NCBI GenBank assembly: GCA_947168485.1 | Contig: CAMVLZ010000005.1 | Coordinates: 1 to 61,292, forward strand | Direction: 5' to 3' | Length of the DNA stretch: 61,292 nucleotides | Origin: an uncultured Bacillota bacterium | Lineage (GTDB): Bacteria; Bacillota_I; Bacilli_A; RF39; UBA660 | Shown: piece after piece, positions 19,831-29,870 of the stretch | How the letters are laid out: every line of letters begins with the position of its first letter | How positions within the stretch are numbered: position 1 is the stretch's first letter | The notes under the pieces: generated by a model | Database searches by the model: none | Told to the model about the DNA's origin: nothing | The model's input: only the letters and a program-made list of their open reading frames with translations | Made by a program: the position numbers and the translations under genes

Positions 19831-20521
19831 ATGCACTAACCTCTTCTATAGTACTATTAATAATAGTCTCTATAATCTCAAAACTATTATTCTCTATATC
19901 ATTTCTAATAGCCTCTTTATTATCCATAATTCTATTTACTAATAATTGCATATTAGGTTGAAGACTCTTCTTAGATAAAGATTTTAACATAATATTAAAA
20001 TTATTAACTTTAGAATAACTACCATAACTATTATTAGCTATACTTAATTTAAATAAATTCTTAAAATCATATAAATCAATACTAGTAAATCTCTTATCCT
20101 CTAGAATCTTTAATGATGTTATTAAATATTTATTATTAGTAGCTTTATCTAATATAGTTTCACCCTTATTATTTCTTATATTAGGTAAGAAATTCTTTTT
20201 CTTCATCAATGCATCTACTATCTTAATTGAACCTACCCCGCTATAACACGCCAGTAAATGTCCGAAAGTATCACCCTCGTTATTTTGATGATTAACATTC
20301 CAATTTCTTTTCTTAATATAAGTAAGTACTAAATTATATTGATTTGCTTTTAATAATCTAGAAACAACATCATTACCATTACAATCAATAGTATTAATAT
20401 TTACTATCTTTTTATCTAATAAATAATTTACAACCTCAAATTCCCCTCTACTTATTAAAGGGAAAATCCCGGAAGGATCATTTTCCATATCTTTTATAAT
20501 ATTACTATTAATTTTTGTCAT
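19829..20521 (-). CDS. Ankyrin-repeat protein, no signal peptide
   Basis: Repeated ANK-like units (DCNGNDVVSRLLKANQYNLVLTYI, NNEGDTFGHLLA, NNKGETILDKA). Start set at MTKINSN, preceded by GGAGG. Confidence 0.7.
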   Translation of the reverse strand: MTKINSNIIKDMENDPSGIFPLISRGEFEVVNYLLDKKIVNINTIDCNGNDVVSRLLKANQYNLVLTYIKKRNWNVNHQNNEGDTFGHLLACYSGVGSIKIVDALMKKKNFLPNIRNNKGETILDKATNNKYLITSLKILEDKRFTSIDLYDFKNLFKLSIANNSYGSYSKVNNFNIMLKSLSKKSLQPNMQLLVNRIMDNKEAIRNDIENNSFEIIETIINSTIEEVSA

Positions 20522-20573
20522 ATAACCTCCTAAGGCGTGTACTTCTATGTTACATAAAATATAATACTTTGTC

Positions 20574-20601
20574 AAATAAAAAAGAGATCTAACGATCTCT
20601 T
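20574..20601 (-). terminator. Rho-independent terminator
   Basis: Stem AAGAGATC/GATCTCTT followed by a T-run on the minus strand. Confidence 0.6.
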
Positions 20602-20606
20602 AAATA

Positions 20607-21860
20607 TTAATTTTTAACTTTTTTCTTTTGAACTAAAACATATGAATAAGTTAATACTCCTGTTAAGAATAATAGTGCTACTACTAAGAATATACTAGCT
20701 CCAGTTTTAGGATTACTAATAACTTCTTTTACATTAGGTAAAGCAGTAACTCTAAACTCTATAGAATAATTATTATTTTTATAAGTTGCTGTAACTGTAG
20801 TAGTACCTATTCTTAATGGAATAACTTTTCCATTTTCAATCTTTAATATCTTAGGATCAGCAACTCTCCATTGAATATCTCCAGGATTTACATCTTTTAA
20901 TTCATCAAAATAATTTTGAAGAGAAACTTTAGAACTCAATTTAATAGTATCTTTCTTCTCCATATCAATAACTACTTTAGAATTATATCCTTCAACTATA
21001 TTAGCAAATGAATTAAAATCAGTTCCTCTATTTATAGCAGCTTTCCAATCATTATTAGCAGTAAAGTAAATAGTTGGATTAGTTGCAAAAGAACTAGAAT
21101 CAGCACCATACTTAGCACAATTGACTTCACTTGAATCAATCTTAACATTATAATTAGTAAAAGCAATTCTTCTAGCTTTAGCACTTCTAACATCAAAAGA
21201 TTTAGCAACATCCATTCCATAATCATATATACCAATAGAACAATTACAATTAGCTAATTTAGAATTAGTAATAGTTATTGAATTAAGTGGAAATGTTTGA
21301 GAATAACCAGAAACAACAACTGCAAAATTATCACCATTAAAAGTATATTTATTAATAGTATTAATAGTACCTTTAACTAATTCTAATCCAGCATATTGAC
21401 TGTTAATAGTAACATTATCAATCATAGAATTAGCACCCATATATACACCAGCACACATACCTTTTTGTTCTGAATTACATTGATAAGTATAATCAGGATA
21501 AAGATTTAAATTTTTAAGAGTAACTACATAATTATCAGGATTATACATTCCACCAAAAGTAATCATACCACTCTTTAATCTAGTACTTTCACTAGCACCA
21601 CTAATATTAATATTATTATTCATAGAAGAATAAATATTTAAATTAGTACCACTTAAATCATGATCACCAATTATATATTCATGAGCATCTCTAACATCAA
21701 TATTAACAAAATCTCCAGGTACTTCTTCTATATCAGCTAAAACAGCATCTAAACTATCAAAATCACACCCATCTTGACATACAGTTTCAGCCTTAACTAA
21801 ACTTGGTACCATAAATAAAACAAATATAAATATAAAAACAATTTTACTAACTCTTTTCAT
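20607..21860 (-). CDS. Cell-wall-anchored surface protein: signal peptide, beta-helix-like region, Ig-like (Big_2-type) domain, NPKTG sorting signal
   Basis: Signal peptide (IVFIFIFVLFMVPSLVKA). NPKTG at 20700..20714 is followed by a hydrophobic helix and a KKKVKN tail. The Ig-like segment is IQWRVADPKILKIENGKV..TVTATY. Confidence 0.8.
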   Translation of the reverse strand: MKRVSKIVFIFIFVLFMVPSLVKAETVCQDGCDFDSLDAVLADIEEVPGDFVNIDVRDAHEYIIGDHDLSGTNLNIYSSMNNNINISGASESTRLKSGMITFGGMYNPDNYVVTLKNLNLYPDYTYQCNSEQKGMCAGVYMGANSMIDNVTINSQYAGLELVKGTINTINKYTFNGDNFAVVVSGYSQTFPLNSITITNSKLANCNCSIGIYDYGMDVAKSFDVRSAKARRIAFTNYNVKIDSSEVNCAKYGADSSSFATNPTIYFTANNDWKAAINRGTDFNSFANIVEGYNSKVVIDMEKKDTIKLSSKVSLQNYFDELKDVNPGDIQWRVADPKILKIENGKVIPLRIGTTTVTATYKNNNYSIEFRVTALPNVKEVISNPKTGASIFLVVALLFLTGVLTYSYVLVQKKKVKN

Positions 21861-21916
21861 ACACTACCTACCTTTTATCATACTAATATAAGTATAGCAT
21901 ATTTATAAACAATCAA

Positions 21917-21940
21917 AAAGAGATTTTTAAAAATCTCTTT
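21917..21940 (-). terminator. Rho-independent terminator
   Basis: Palindrome AAAGAGATTTTTAAAAATCTCTTT. Confidence 0.55.
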
Positions 21941-23252
21941 AATTATTTAATTTCTTAATTTGTTTAGAAACAATACTATAAGTAATTACACCAATTGTAA
22001 ATATAATAGAAAATATTAAGAATAAACTAGCCCCAGTTTTAGGATTATTAATATTTATACTAGGTAAACCAGTTACTCTAAATTCTATTGAATAATTATT
22101 ATTTTTATAAGTTGCTGTAACTGTAGTAGTACCTATTTTTAATGGAATAACTTTTCCATTTTCAATTTTTAATATTTTAGGATTAGCTACTCTCCATTGA
22201 ATATCTCCAGGATCTACATCTTTTAATTCATCAAAATAATTTTGAAGAGAAACTTTAGAACTCAATTTAATAGTATCTTTCTTTTCCATATCAATAATTA
22301 TTCTAGAATTATACCCTTCAACTATATTAGCAAACGAATTAAAATCAGTTCCTCTACTAATAGCAGCTTTCCAATCATTATTAGAAGTAAAGTAAATAGT
22401 TGGATTAGTTGCTATAGAACTATAATCTGCTCCATACTTAGCACAATTAACCTCACTAGAATCAACTTTAACATTATAATTAGTAAACGCAATCTTCTTC
22501 AAAGTAATATTATTTATATCATCAATATTTGCTTTTCTAACATGACTATTAAAATCCAAATCATAAACTGCTAATGAACAGTTACAATTAGCTAATTTAG
22601 AATTAGTTATAGTAACAGAATTAAGTGGTATTGGTGAATTATATATATTACCAACAATAACACCATAATTATTACCATTAAAAGTATATTTATTGATAGT
22701 ATGACTCTTACCAGCAATTACTGCTAATCCAGAATATCTTCCATTAACTGTAATATTGTCAATCATAGAATTAGCACCAATCGAAATACTAGGACACATA
22801 CCCATCATATCAGAATCACAATAATTAGTATTAGTATAAATATTTAAATTCTTTAATTTAACTGTAAAATTACCAACAGGATTATCATAACCATAAAATT
22901 GTAAACCATATACAGATAATCTAGTATTATCACTAGCTCCACTAATATTTATATTAGAATTATTAGATGAAGTAAAATACACATAAGTATTTGATAAATT
23001 ATGATCACCCATAGTATATTCATAAGAATCCTTTACATTGATATGCAAATTCAAATAATTATCATCCTCAAATTCTCTAAGTAAAGTATCTAAATTACTA
23101 AAATCACACCCATTTTGACAAAGAGTAACATGAGAAGTATCACTTAAATTAATATCAGGTAAAATATCATCATCTTGATCTACAGCAAAAACCAAACCCG
23201 GTACTATTAATCCAAATATAAATACAAACAAAAATTTATATATTCTTTTCAT
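21939..23252 (-). CDS. Paralogous cell-wall-anchored surface protein (beta-helix-like plus Ig-like domains, NPKTG sorting signal)
   Basis: Same architecture as 20607..21860. NPKTG at 22032..22046 is followed by a hydrophobic helix and a KQIKKLNN tail. Confidence 0.8.
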   Translation of the reverse strand: MKRIYKFLFVFIFGLIVPGLVFAVDQDDDILPDINLSDTSHVTLCQNGCDFSNLDTLLREFEDDNYLNLHINVKDSYEYTMGDHNLSNTYVYFTSSNNSNINISGASDNTRLSVYGLQFYGYDNPVGNFTVKLKNLNIYTNTNYCDSDMMGMCPSISIGANSMIDNITVNGRYSGLAVIAGKSHTINKYTFNGNNYGVIVGNIYNSPIPLNSVTITNSKLANCNCSLAVYDLDFNSHVRKANIDDINNITLKKIAFTNYNVKVDSSEVNCAKYGADYSSIATNPTIYFTSNNDWKAAISRGTDFNSFANIVEGYNSRIIIDMEKKDTIKLSSKVSLQNYFDELKDVDPGDIQWRVANPKILKIENGKVIPLKIGTTTVTATYKNNNYSIEFRVTGLPSININNPKTGASLFLIFSIIFTIGVITYSIVSKQIKKLNN

Positions 23253-23311
23253 ATTAAACCTACCTTATATCATTCTAATAATATTATAACATGTATTTAA
23301 TTTTAAACAAA

Positions 23312-23337
23312 TAAAAAAAGCATCAATAGATGCTTTT
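23312..23337 (-). terminator. Rho-independent terminator
   Basis: Stem AAAGCATC/GATGCTTT followed by T7 on the minus strand. Confidence 0.6.
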
Positions 23338-23340
23338 ATA

Positions 23341-24516
23341 TTAATTTAATTTTTCTCCACATGCAGTACAGAAGTTACCAGTATTTTCAGCTCCACACTT
23401 AGGACAGAACTTCTTTCCTTCAGCAGGTGCTGCTTCTTGTGCAGCTTCTTCAGTAGCAGGTGCTTCTGGAGTTGCAACAGCTCCTGCAGCAGCAACTGGT
23501 GCTTGTTGTGCAAATGGATCAACAGGAATTGTAGTTCCTGGAGTTTGTGGATTAGCAGTTCCTGCCATCATTCCACCACTTGCCATATTAACTACTCCAA
23601 CTCCCATCATACCATTAACTGCTCCTGCTTCATTATTAGCAGCATCTTGAACAGCTTGTGCATAAGCTCCAGTAAGAGTACCTTTTTGCATGAATGAGTT
23701 TGCAGATAATTCATAATTATCAATTTTAGTTTGACTATCATCATCTAATGTTACTGATTCAACAGCAAATCCAACAATAGTTAAACCTCTATCTCTAATA
23801 GGTTGATCAAATACACCTTCATCCATTACTTTTTTAATTTCATCAGTCTTACTAGGTAATTCTAATACAGGTACTTTATGAACACTATTTCCAAGTTCAT
23901 TCATTACTTTTTGGAATGAAGCAATAACTTCACTTCTCATTTGTTCAACTAAAGTATCTTTCTTAAACTCATCAGCAGTACCAGCAATTTGACTCATAAA
24001 TACACTTGGATCACTAACTTTAAAAGTATACTTACCAAAACATTTAACATCTACACGCATAGGTGTAAGTGAATTAGTCATTTGATTTGGAATTGGATGT
24101 GACCAATCTTGGAATGGAACTGGTGCAGGTGTTCCAAACTTATTATCAATAATTTCTTTAGTATTAATATAGAATACTGCTTGTTCTTTACTTACTCCAC
24201 CATTATAAGTAAAACGATTCCACATTTCTTTAAATACTTCTCCAAATTGTCCAGCAAAGAAAGTTGGAGATGAACTTTCATCAAAAGTATAAATTCCTTC
24301 TTCAGCAGTAGCATCTAAAATTTTACCACTTTCAAAGATAACAGCAACTTGTCCAGGAGCAACTTGAATAGCACTATCCTTAGAAATAATTCCATTAGGA
24401 GTAGATACTTTCTTCATTAAAATATCATTACCTAAATCTTCACATCTAATATAGTCTTTCCATTGATCATGTAAAGTGCTTCCAGCAGCTTCAACAGCAG
24501 CTTTAATTAATCCCAT
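23341..24516 (-). CDS. SPFH-like (YdjI / virion-core-protein-like) protein with an Ala/Pro-rich linker and a C-terminal zinc ribbon
   Basis: Start set at MGLIKAAVEAA, preceded by GAGGTGG. C-terminal motif CPKCGAENTGNFCTACG. The family call comes from overall resemblance to COG4260-type proteins and is unverified. Confidence 0.6.
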   Translation of the reverse strand: MGLIKAAVEAAGSTLHDQWKDYIRCEDLGNDILMKKVSTPNGIISKDSAIQVAPGQVAVIFESGKILDATAEEGIYTFDESSSPTFFAGQFGEVFKEMWNRFTYNGGVSKEQAVFYINTKEIIDNKFGTPAPVPFQDWSHPIPNQMTNSLTPMRVDVKCFGKYTFKVSDPSVFMSQIAGTADEFKKDTLVEQMRSEVIASFQKVMNELGNSVHKVPVLELPSKTDEIKKVMDEGVFDQPIRDRGLTIVGFAVESVTLDDDSQTKIDNYELSANSFMQKGTLTGAYAQAVQDAANNEAGAVNGMMGVGVVNMASGGMMAGTANPQTPGTTIPVDPFAQQAPVAAAGAVATPEAPATEEAAQEAAPAEGKKFCPKCGAENTGNFCTACGEKLN

Positions 24517-24580
24517 AATTTCCACCTCTTTCATAAGATATAAAGTCAATATATCCTTCATTTACATTATACATTAAAAA

Positions 24581-27500
24581 TTAATAACTATCTAGTACTT
24601 TTCTATTCTTAACAATCATTTTACTAACAATTATAGGTATAAGTAATACAAAAGCAATTATAAATATAATATTTATTCCAGTCTTAGGATTATTAACAGG
24701 AGAAACTATCTTATTAATAATTTTAGCTCCAAACACTATATTATCTCCAGTTGGTTTAATTGAAATATACCCTTCATTACCAATCTTTTTAAAACTTACT
24801 CCATTAACATCTTTAATACTTAACATATCAACAAATTCAAATAACTTATCTTTACCAACAATAGCTTTATATTCTCCATAAGGAATATCTTTAAATTCAA
24901 GTACACCTTTAGTACTCAATTTACCATCATATATTTTATGAGTATCAGTATTTTCTAATTTAAATTCAAATATATATTCATCTTCTAATGTCTTATTATA
25001 CTTCTTTAATATTTCATTTAAACCAAACTCATCATATTTCATCTTACCAGTCTTAGGATCAACATATCCATTAACTACAGTAAAATATAAAGTAACTTTA
25101 GGTATCTCAGTAAGTTCATTAGTAACTTCTAAATTACTTTGATCATAAGTAACTTTAGAATACTTATCTATATTATCTTCTTCTATAGTATAAATATACT
25201 TCTTACCACTTTCATCATACATAGGTACATCTTTAACTATAGATTCCCAAGTATTATCATTACCACTAAGTTTTAATGATTTATACTCTTCATTATTTCT
25301 AAATAATTTAATATTAACTTCATTAGGTCTACTAGAATATTCATTATTATGATCAATCCACTTTTTCTTAATAGTTAAATCAGTATTTTTATTTAACTTA
25401 TTAATAACAGTTAAATCATCCTCATAAGTAATATCAGAATAATAATCACTAATATCATCATTAATTTCTTTAATAGAATATTTATACTCTTTTTGATTAT
25501 CATCATACTTAGGCACTTCAACTATACTAGTCCATATATCACTATCTCCAGTTAAAGTTACTTCTTTATAGTTTTCATCATTTCTTAATAAAGTTACAAC
25601 TAACTCACTAGGTCTAGTATTATCATTATTATTATCATCTATCCATTTCTTAGTAATAACAATATTCATATTAGTTTTCAAAGTATTAGTAATTTCATAA
25701 GTATTTTGATTATAAGTAACTAGATCATACCCATCTACTTTATTCTCTTCTATACTATAACTATATCTATTACCATTATCATCATACTTAGATACTTCTT
25801 CACTATATTCCCAATTATTATCTTTAGTTAACTGTATAGTTTTATATCTAGTACCATTTCTTAATATCTCTACATTTACATCATCAGGTCTAGTATCATA
25901 ACTATTATTATTATCTATCCATCTCTTAGTTATATGAATAGAATCAGTACCAACCAAAGTATTAGTACAACTAAATTCTTCACAATTGCTACTATAATTA
26001 TTAACATTAACTTCTTCTATAGAATAACTATATTCATTATTAGAAGAATCATATACAGGAACACTAATAATCTTATTCCATTCATTAGTAGAATAATCTC
26101 CTGTAATAACTACATCTTTATAATTATTACCATTTTGTTTAACTTTATAAGTAATATTACTAGGTCTAGTTAATTCACTATTACTATTATCTTTCCATAT
26201 CTTTTTCAATTTAATTTCTTTCATTAACCTATTAGTAATAGTAGTATCTTCTATCTCAGGAGTATACTTATATCCATTATCTAATAATATTTCATCTTCT
26301 CTAACAGTATACACAATAGTATTACCATTATTGTCATATTTAGGAACCCTAATAGTAGTATACCAATGATTAGAATCACTATCATCAGCATTAGTACTAC
26401 CTAAAGGAACATCAATAGCTTGAGTAACATCTCCATCAGGTACTACTTGTAAATTAACAGAATCTGGCCTTAACTTCTTTTCATTATTATTATCTTTCCA
26501 GAACTTATCAACTCTAAAATCAATATCAACAGGTTCAACTGAATTAGGTAAAGCAACTTTAACTATATTTGAGTTGATTCCAGTAATAAAATCTACTTTA
26601 TCTCCAGTTATAGGATCAATTGCATTCCATTCAGTCCAACATCCATTATACGCAAGTGTTTTAATATTTTCATCAGTTGGAGATTTCATCTTAATTAATA
26701 CATAAGTCAAACTATTCGCAGGTAAAATAGCTGGATTACCATTATCATCTAAGTATTCAAAAGCTAAAGACTTAACCTTAGTTTTATCCACAGAATCTGT
26801 GTATACTTTCCAACTATCATCATCTTTTAAACTACCTGGAGTTTCATTTTCAGAATAATAAGTTTTAACAGTATACCCCTTACTTTCAGCATAACTAGTA
26901 TCAATACCTAAAAACTCTCCTTGCCAACTACCTCTTCCACCAGAAGCTAAAACATTAGCCATATTAGGATCTTTAGCATACTTCTCTAAAGAATCATAAA
27001 TAACTAAATTAGTAACATCATTAGAACCAGTTCTAGCTCTAAGTTTATAGTAATATTCACTATCATTAGAAGTATCTACTTTACCAGTATCATAATTACT
27101 CTTATCAGTTTGTACACTAACTTGAACATCTTGATGACTAGATATAATTGAATCAAGAATAGTTGTATTTCTGTAAAAACCAAAGTACTCTTCTTCATTT
27201 CCATTATCATTTATATCTACTGCATCTAAATCTACATCCTCATCATTGTTAATATATCCTTTATCTTTTTTATAATAAACACCTGAGTTTATAGAGCAAT
27301 TAAACACATCATTGTAAGAAATAGTATCAGCATCTAAATAACTTGCTCTTACTATATTGTCTATTGTATTACCATACTCTTCAACATTTTCATATGTTTC
27401 CCTCCAGTTATAATAAAAGCTTATACTTGCAGACCCTTTATAAGCCGAGTTTGGTAATAATATTATAGGTTCTTTATAATGAATAATTATTTTTAATAAT

Positions 27501-29815
27501 GTTCTTCCAGTGTTTTTATAATTATTAATAACATTTACTTCTAAACTATCCTCAATATATTTTTGAACTAAATTATAATCTAAATAAGTACCATCTTTTT
27601 TCAAAAAATCAAAACCAACAAAATAAGAAAAAGAAATGCTATCTTTTATACTTTTAGCATCAGAACTAACATTTATTCCTTTAGGTAATAATTCATAAAT
27701 TGAATATCCTTTTAACCTAATAGAATCATCCAATGTATTAAGATAATTATTTATTTCGTTTTCATTATATCTTTGACTATAACTATATAACGGATTAAAT
27801 TCAATCATATTTTTTCCAATAAAAGCCTTAATATTATTATCATTTACAAGCTGTGTAGTTTTCTCTTTAATATGAAATCTATATCCGGGATTACGAACAA
27901 AGTATTTTTTATATATCGACTTTGTACCAAATCTTAATTGTTTATGATCAAATTTATTAATGTCATAGTTTTCAATTTCATTTATTTGAGAAAAAGAAGG
28001 ATAACCAATACTATTTGATGAAGAAAAAAATTCATTGTTTTTATATCCTTCAATATAAGCAAAGTTATAAATATAACCATTTTCAGAAATATCAGTAGCT
28101 TTATTAATAACAACATTATATAAAATCTCATTACGATTAAATAAACTTTTAAAGGAAATATCTAAATTCTCAATATAAAAATAAAATGAACTAATTTTAT
28201 CATTTTCATCAAAAAACCACTCTTTAATTTGATTTTCATCAGAATAATTATAAAAAGAATCAAGCAATTGATATTCTTCATTACCTTTTTTTACATATAA
28301 TTTGATTTTATATTTATTAGAACTAACTTTCTTATTATAAACATCATAAAGAACAGGAAAAGATATATAATTATAATAATATTCATCTACATCTAATTTT
28401 TTATAACCATTAGAATCACTTACGTACACAAAATCATCACATAATTTTAAATCATATTTTTCTCCTAAATATGTTGAAATTGGTTTCATAGAATATGAAA
28501 TAATACCTTTATCTCCTAAATCTACATCCTGCCCTATTAAAGCATCATAATATGTTGAATCATAACTTGCATCAAATATTCTAGAACTCAAACTCCATGA
28601 ACCACTGGTATTGTTATGATTTTCAATATCATATAATAAATTATTATATTTATACTCATAGTTATTTAAATTTAATTCTATCTCATCTTCATCTACATAT
28701 TCAAAATCTTCTTCAGTAGGATATTTTACATATAATTTTGCACTATTAGTAATACTAGTATTATTTTGTTCTATAAATTGACTTTTTGGGTATCCAACAA
28801 TAATAATTGATTCAAATCTATATGTATCAGCATTTCTTCTATTAGAATTATAAAGCAAATATTTTCCATTGTTGCCTTCTATTTTATTATAATTTGAATC
28901 TAATACTATGACATTATCATCAAAATAATCCTCGATATATATTTCATCACCATGAACATTAGGATACTTATCATTTATATAATAATCACCATCTTTAATT
29001 ATAAATTTATATACTACCCAAGTATATGAACTATAATTAGGTAAATAATCAATATAATCAATTTTATTAGCTTGTTTAGTAAGCGTATAATCAACTTTTT
29101 TCCAATTAAACGTTTTAACTACATTCAAATTAAAAAATATATCATTAGAGCTAATAACATTATTTTGAGAAGATAATTTACAATTAACAACATCAGAAAA
29201 CTGATATTTCTTTTCTGTTACATATTTTTCAGGATTACCTGCTTTTGTAGAAAAATGATATTTCAATTGTATAGTTCCTTCAAAATTCGTATTTTTAAAT
29301 ATCTCATTTTCATTAGTCAAAATAATTTTACTTGGTGAGTTACCATAGTCTCCATTTTCAACTGTTTTCACAGTCCACTCATAACCTGAATGATAATTAT
29401 CATTAGCAGAAATAATATAAAAACTATTTAAATAGTTATTCAAGTTCTTTTGATTAGGAAATAAAGAATTAATAGTAATCTCTAGAGAACCAGCATCATA
29501 ATTTGTTGTAGTATTAGTATTTTTGTAGTTAATTTGAACAATTATATCTCTCGATTCAACATATTCAGGATCAACTGTCTTTAATTCCCAATTTATCTCA
29601 GTTAAAGGTGTCTTTCCATCATTAACTGTTGAATCATAGAATACTGTGGATATTTCCCAATTATCTAGTTCTACTACATTATCTGCTTTAAATAGTTTAG
29701 TAATTGATGAGACTATAGTATTTGTATTTACTAAAGGAAATAAACAAAAAAGCACTATAAAAGATAGTACTATTAGTTTAGATAAAGCAATAAATTTCTT
29801 TCTATTTTTTTTCAT
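24581..29815 (-). CDS. Giant cell-wall-anchored adhesin: signal peptide, about 1080 aa of unassigned sequence, five CnaB-type repeats, NPKTG sorting signal
   Basis: Start set at MKKNRKK, preceded by AGGTGAG. NPKTG at 24677..24691 is followed by a TM helix and a KNRK tail. The repeats carry KKWxDNNN..TRP...YxYxIxE. Confidence 0.85.
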   Translation of the reverse strand: MKKNRKKFIALSKLIVLSFIVLFCLFPLVNTNTIVSSITKLFKADNVVELDNWEISTVFYDSTVNDGKTPLTEINWELKTVDPEYVESRDIIVQINYKNTNTTTNYDAGSLEITINSLFPNQKNLNNYLNSFYIISANDNYHSGYEWTVKTVENGDYGNSPSKIILTNENEIFKNTNFEGTIQLKYHFSTKAGNPEKYVTEKKYQFSDVVNCKLSSQNNVISSNDIFFNLNVVKTFNWKKVDYTLTKQANKIDYIDYLPNYSSYTWVVYKFIIKDGDYYINDKYPNVHGDEIYIEDYFDDNVIVLDSNYNKIEGNNGKYLLYNSNRRNADTYRFESIIIVGYPKSQFIEQNNTSITNSAKLYVKYPTEEDFEYVDEDEIELNLNNYEYKYNNLLYDIENHNNTSGSWSLSSRIFDASYDSTYYDALIGQDVDLGDKGIISYSMKPISTYLGEKYDLKLCDDFVYVSDSNGYKKLDVDEYYYNYISFPVLYDVYNKKVSSNKYKIKLYVKKGNEEYQLLDSFYNYSDENQIKEWFFDENDKISSFYFYIENLDISFKSLFNRNEILYNVVINKATDISENGYIYNFAYIEGYKNNEFFSSSNSIGYPSFSQINEIENYDINKFDHKQLRFGTKSIYKKYFVRNPGYRFHIKEKTTQLVNDNNIKAFIGKNMIEFNPLYSYSQRYNENEINNYLNTLDDSIRLKGYSIYELLPKGINVSSDAKSIKDSISFSYFVGFDFLKKDGTYLDYNLVQKYIEDSLEVNVINNYKNTGRTLLKIIIHYKEPIILLPNSAYKGSASISFYYNWRETYENVEEYGNTIDNIVRASYLDADTISYNDVFNCSINSGVYYKKDKGYINNDEDVDLDAVDINDNGNEEEYFGFYRNTTILDSIISSHQDVQVSVQTDKSNYDTGKVDTSNDSEYYYKLRARTGSNDVTNLVIYDSLEKYAKDPNMANVLASGGRGSWQGEFLGIDTSYAESKGYTVKTYYSENETPGSLKDDDSWKVYTDSVDKTKVKSLAFEYLDDNGNPAILPANSLTYVLIKMKSPTDENIKTLAYNGCWTEWNAIDPITGDKVDFITGINSNIVKVALPNSVEPVDIDFRVDKFWKDNNNEKKLRPDSVNLQVVPDGDVTQAIDVPLGSTNADDSDSNHWYTTIRVPKYDNNGNTIVYTVREDEILLDNGYKYTPEIEDTTITNRLMKEIKLKKIWKDNSNSELTRPSNITYKVKQNGNNYKDVVITGDYSTNEWNKIISVPVYDSSNNEYSYSIEEVNVNNYSSNCEEFSCTNTLVGTDSIHITKRWIDNNNSYDTRPDDVNVEILRNGTRYKTIQLTKDNNWEYSEEVSKYDDNGNRYSYSIEENKVDGYDLVTYNQNTYEITNTLKTNMNIVITKKWIDDNNNDNTRPSELVVTLLRNDENYKEVTLTGDSDIWTSIVEVPKYDDNQKEYKYSIKEINDDISDYYSDITYEDDLTVINKLNKNTDLTIKKKWIDHNNEYSSRPNEVNIKLFRNNEEYKSLKLSGNDNTWESIVKDVPMYDESGKKYIYTIEEDNIDKYSKVTYDQSNLEVTNELTEIPKVTLYFTVVNGYVDPKTGKMKYDEFGLNEILKKYNKTLEDEYIFEFKLENTDTHKIYDGKLSTKGVLEFKDIPYGEYKAIVGKDKLFEFVDMLSIKDVNGVSFKKIGNEGYISIKPTGDNIVFGAKIINKIVSPVNNPKTGINIIFIIAFVLLIPIIVSKMIVKNRKVLDSY
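25110..26530 (-). repeat. Five tandem CnaB-like repeats of about 87 aa inside the giant adhesin gene
   Basis: Repeat openings are VDKFWKDNNNEKKLRPDS, KKIWKDNSNSELTRPSN, TKRWIDNNNSYDTRPDD, TKKWIDDNNNDNTRPSE and KKKWIDHNNEYSSRPNE. Boundaries are approximate. Confidence 0.75.
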
Positions 29816-29870
29816 ATATCTCACCTATTATAATAATTATATCATATAATAAAATTAAAAAAAGATTATC

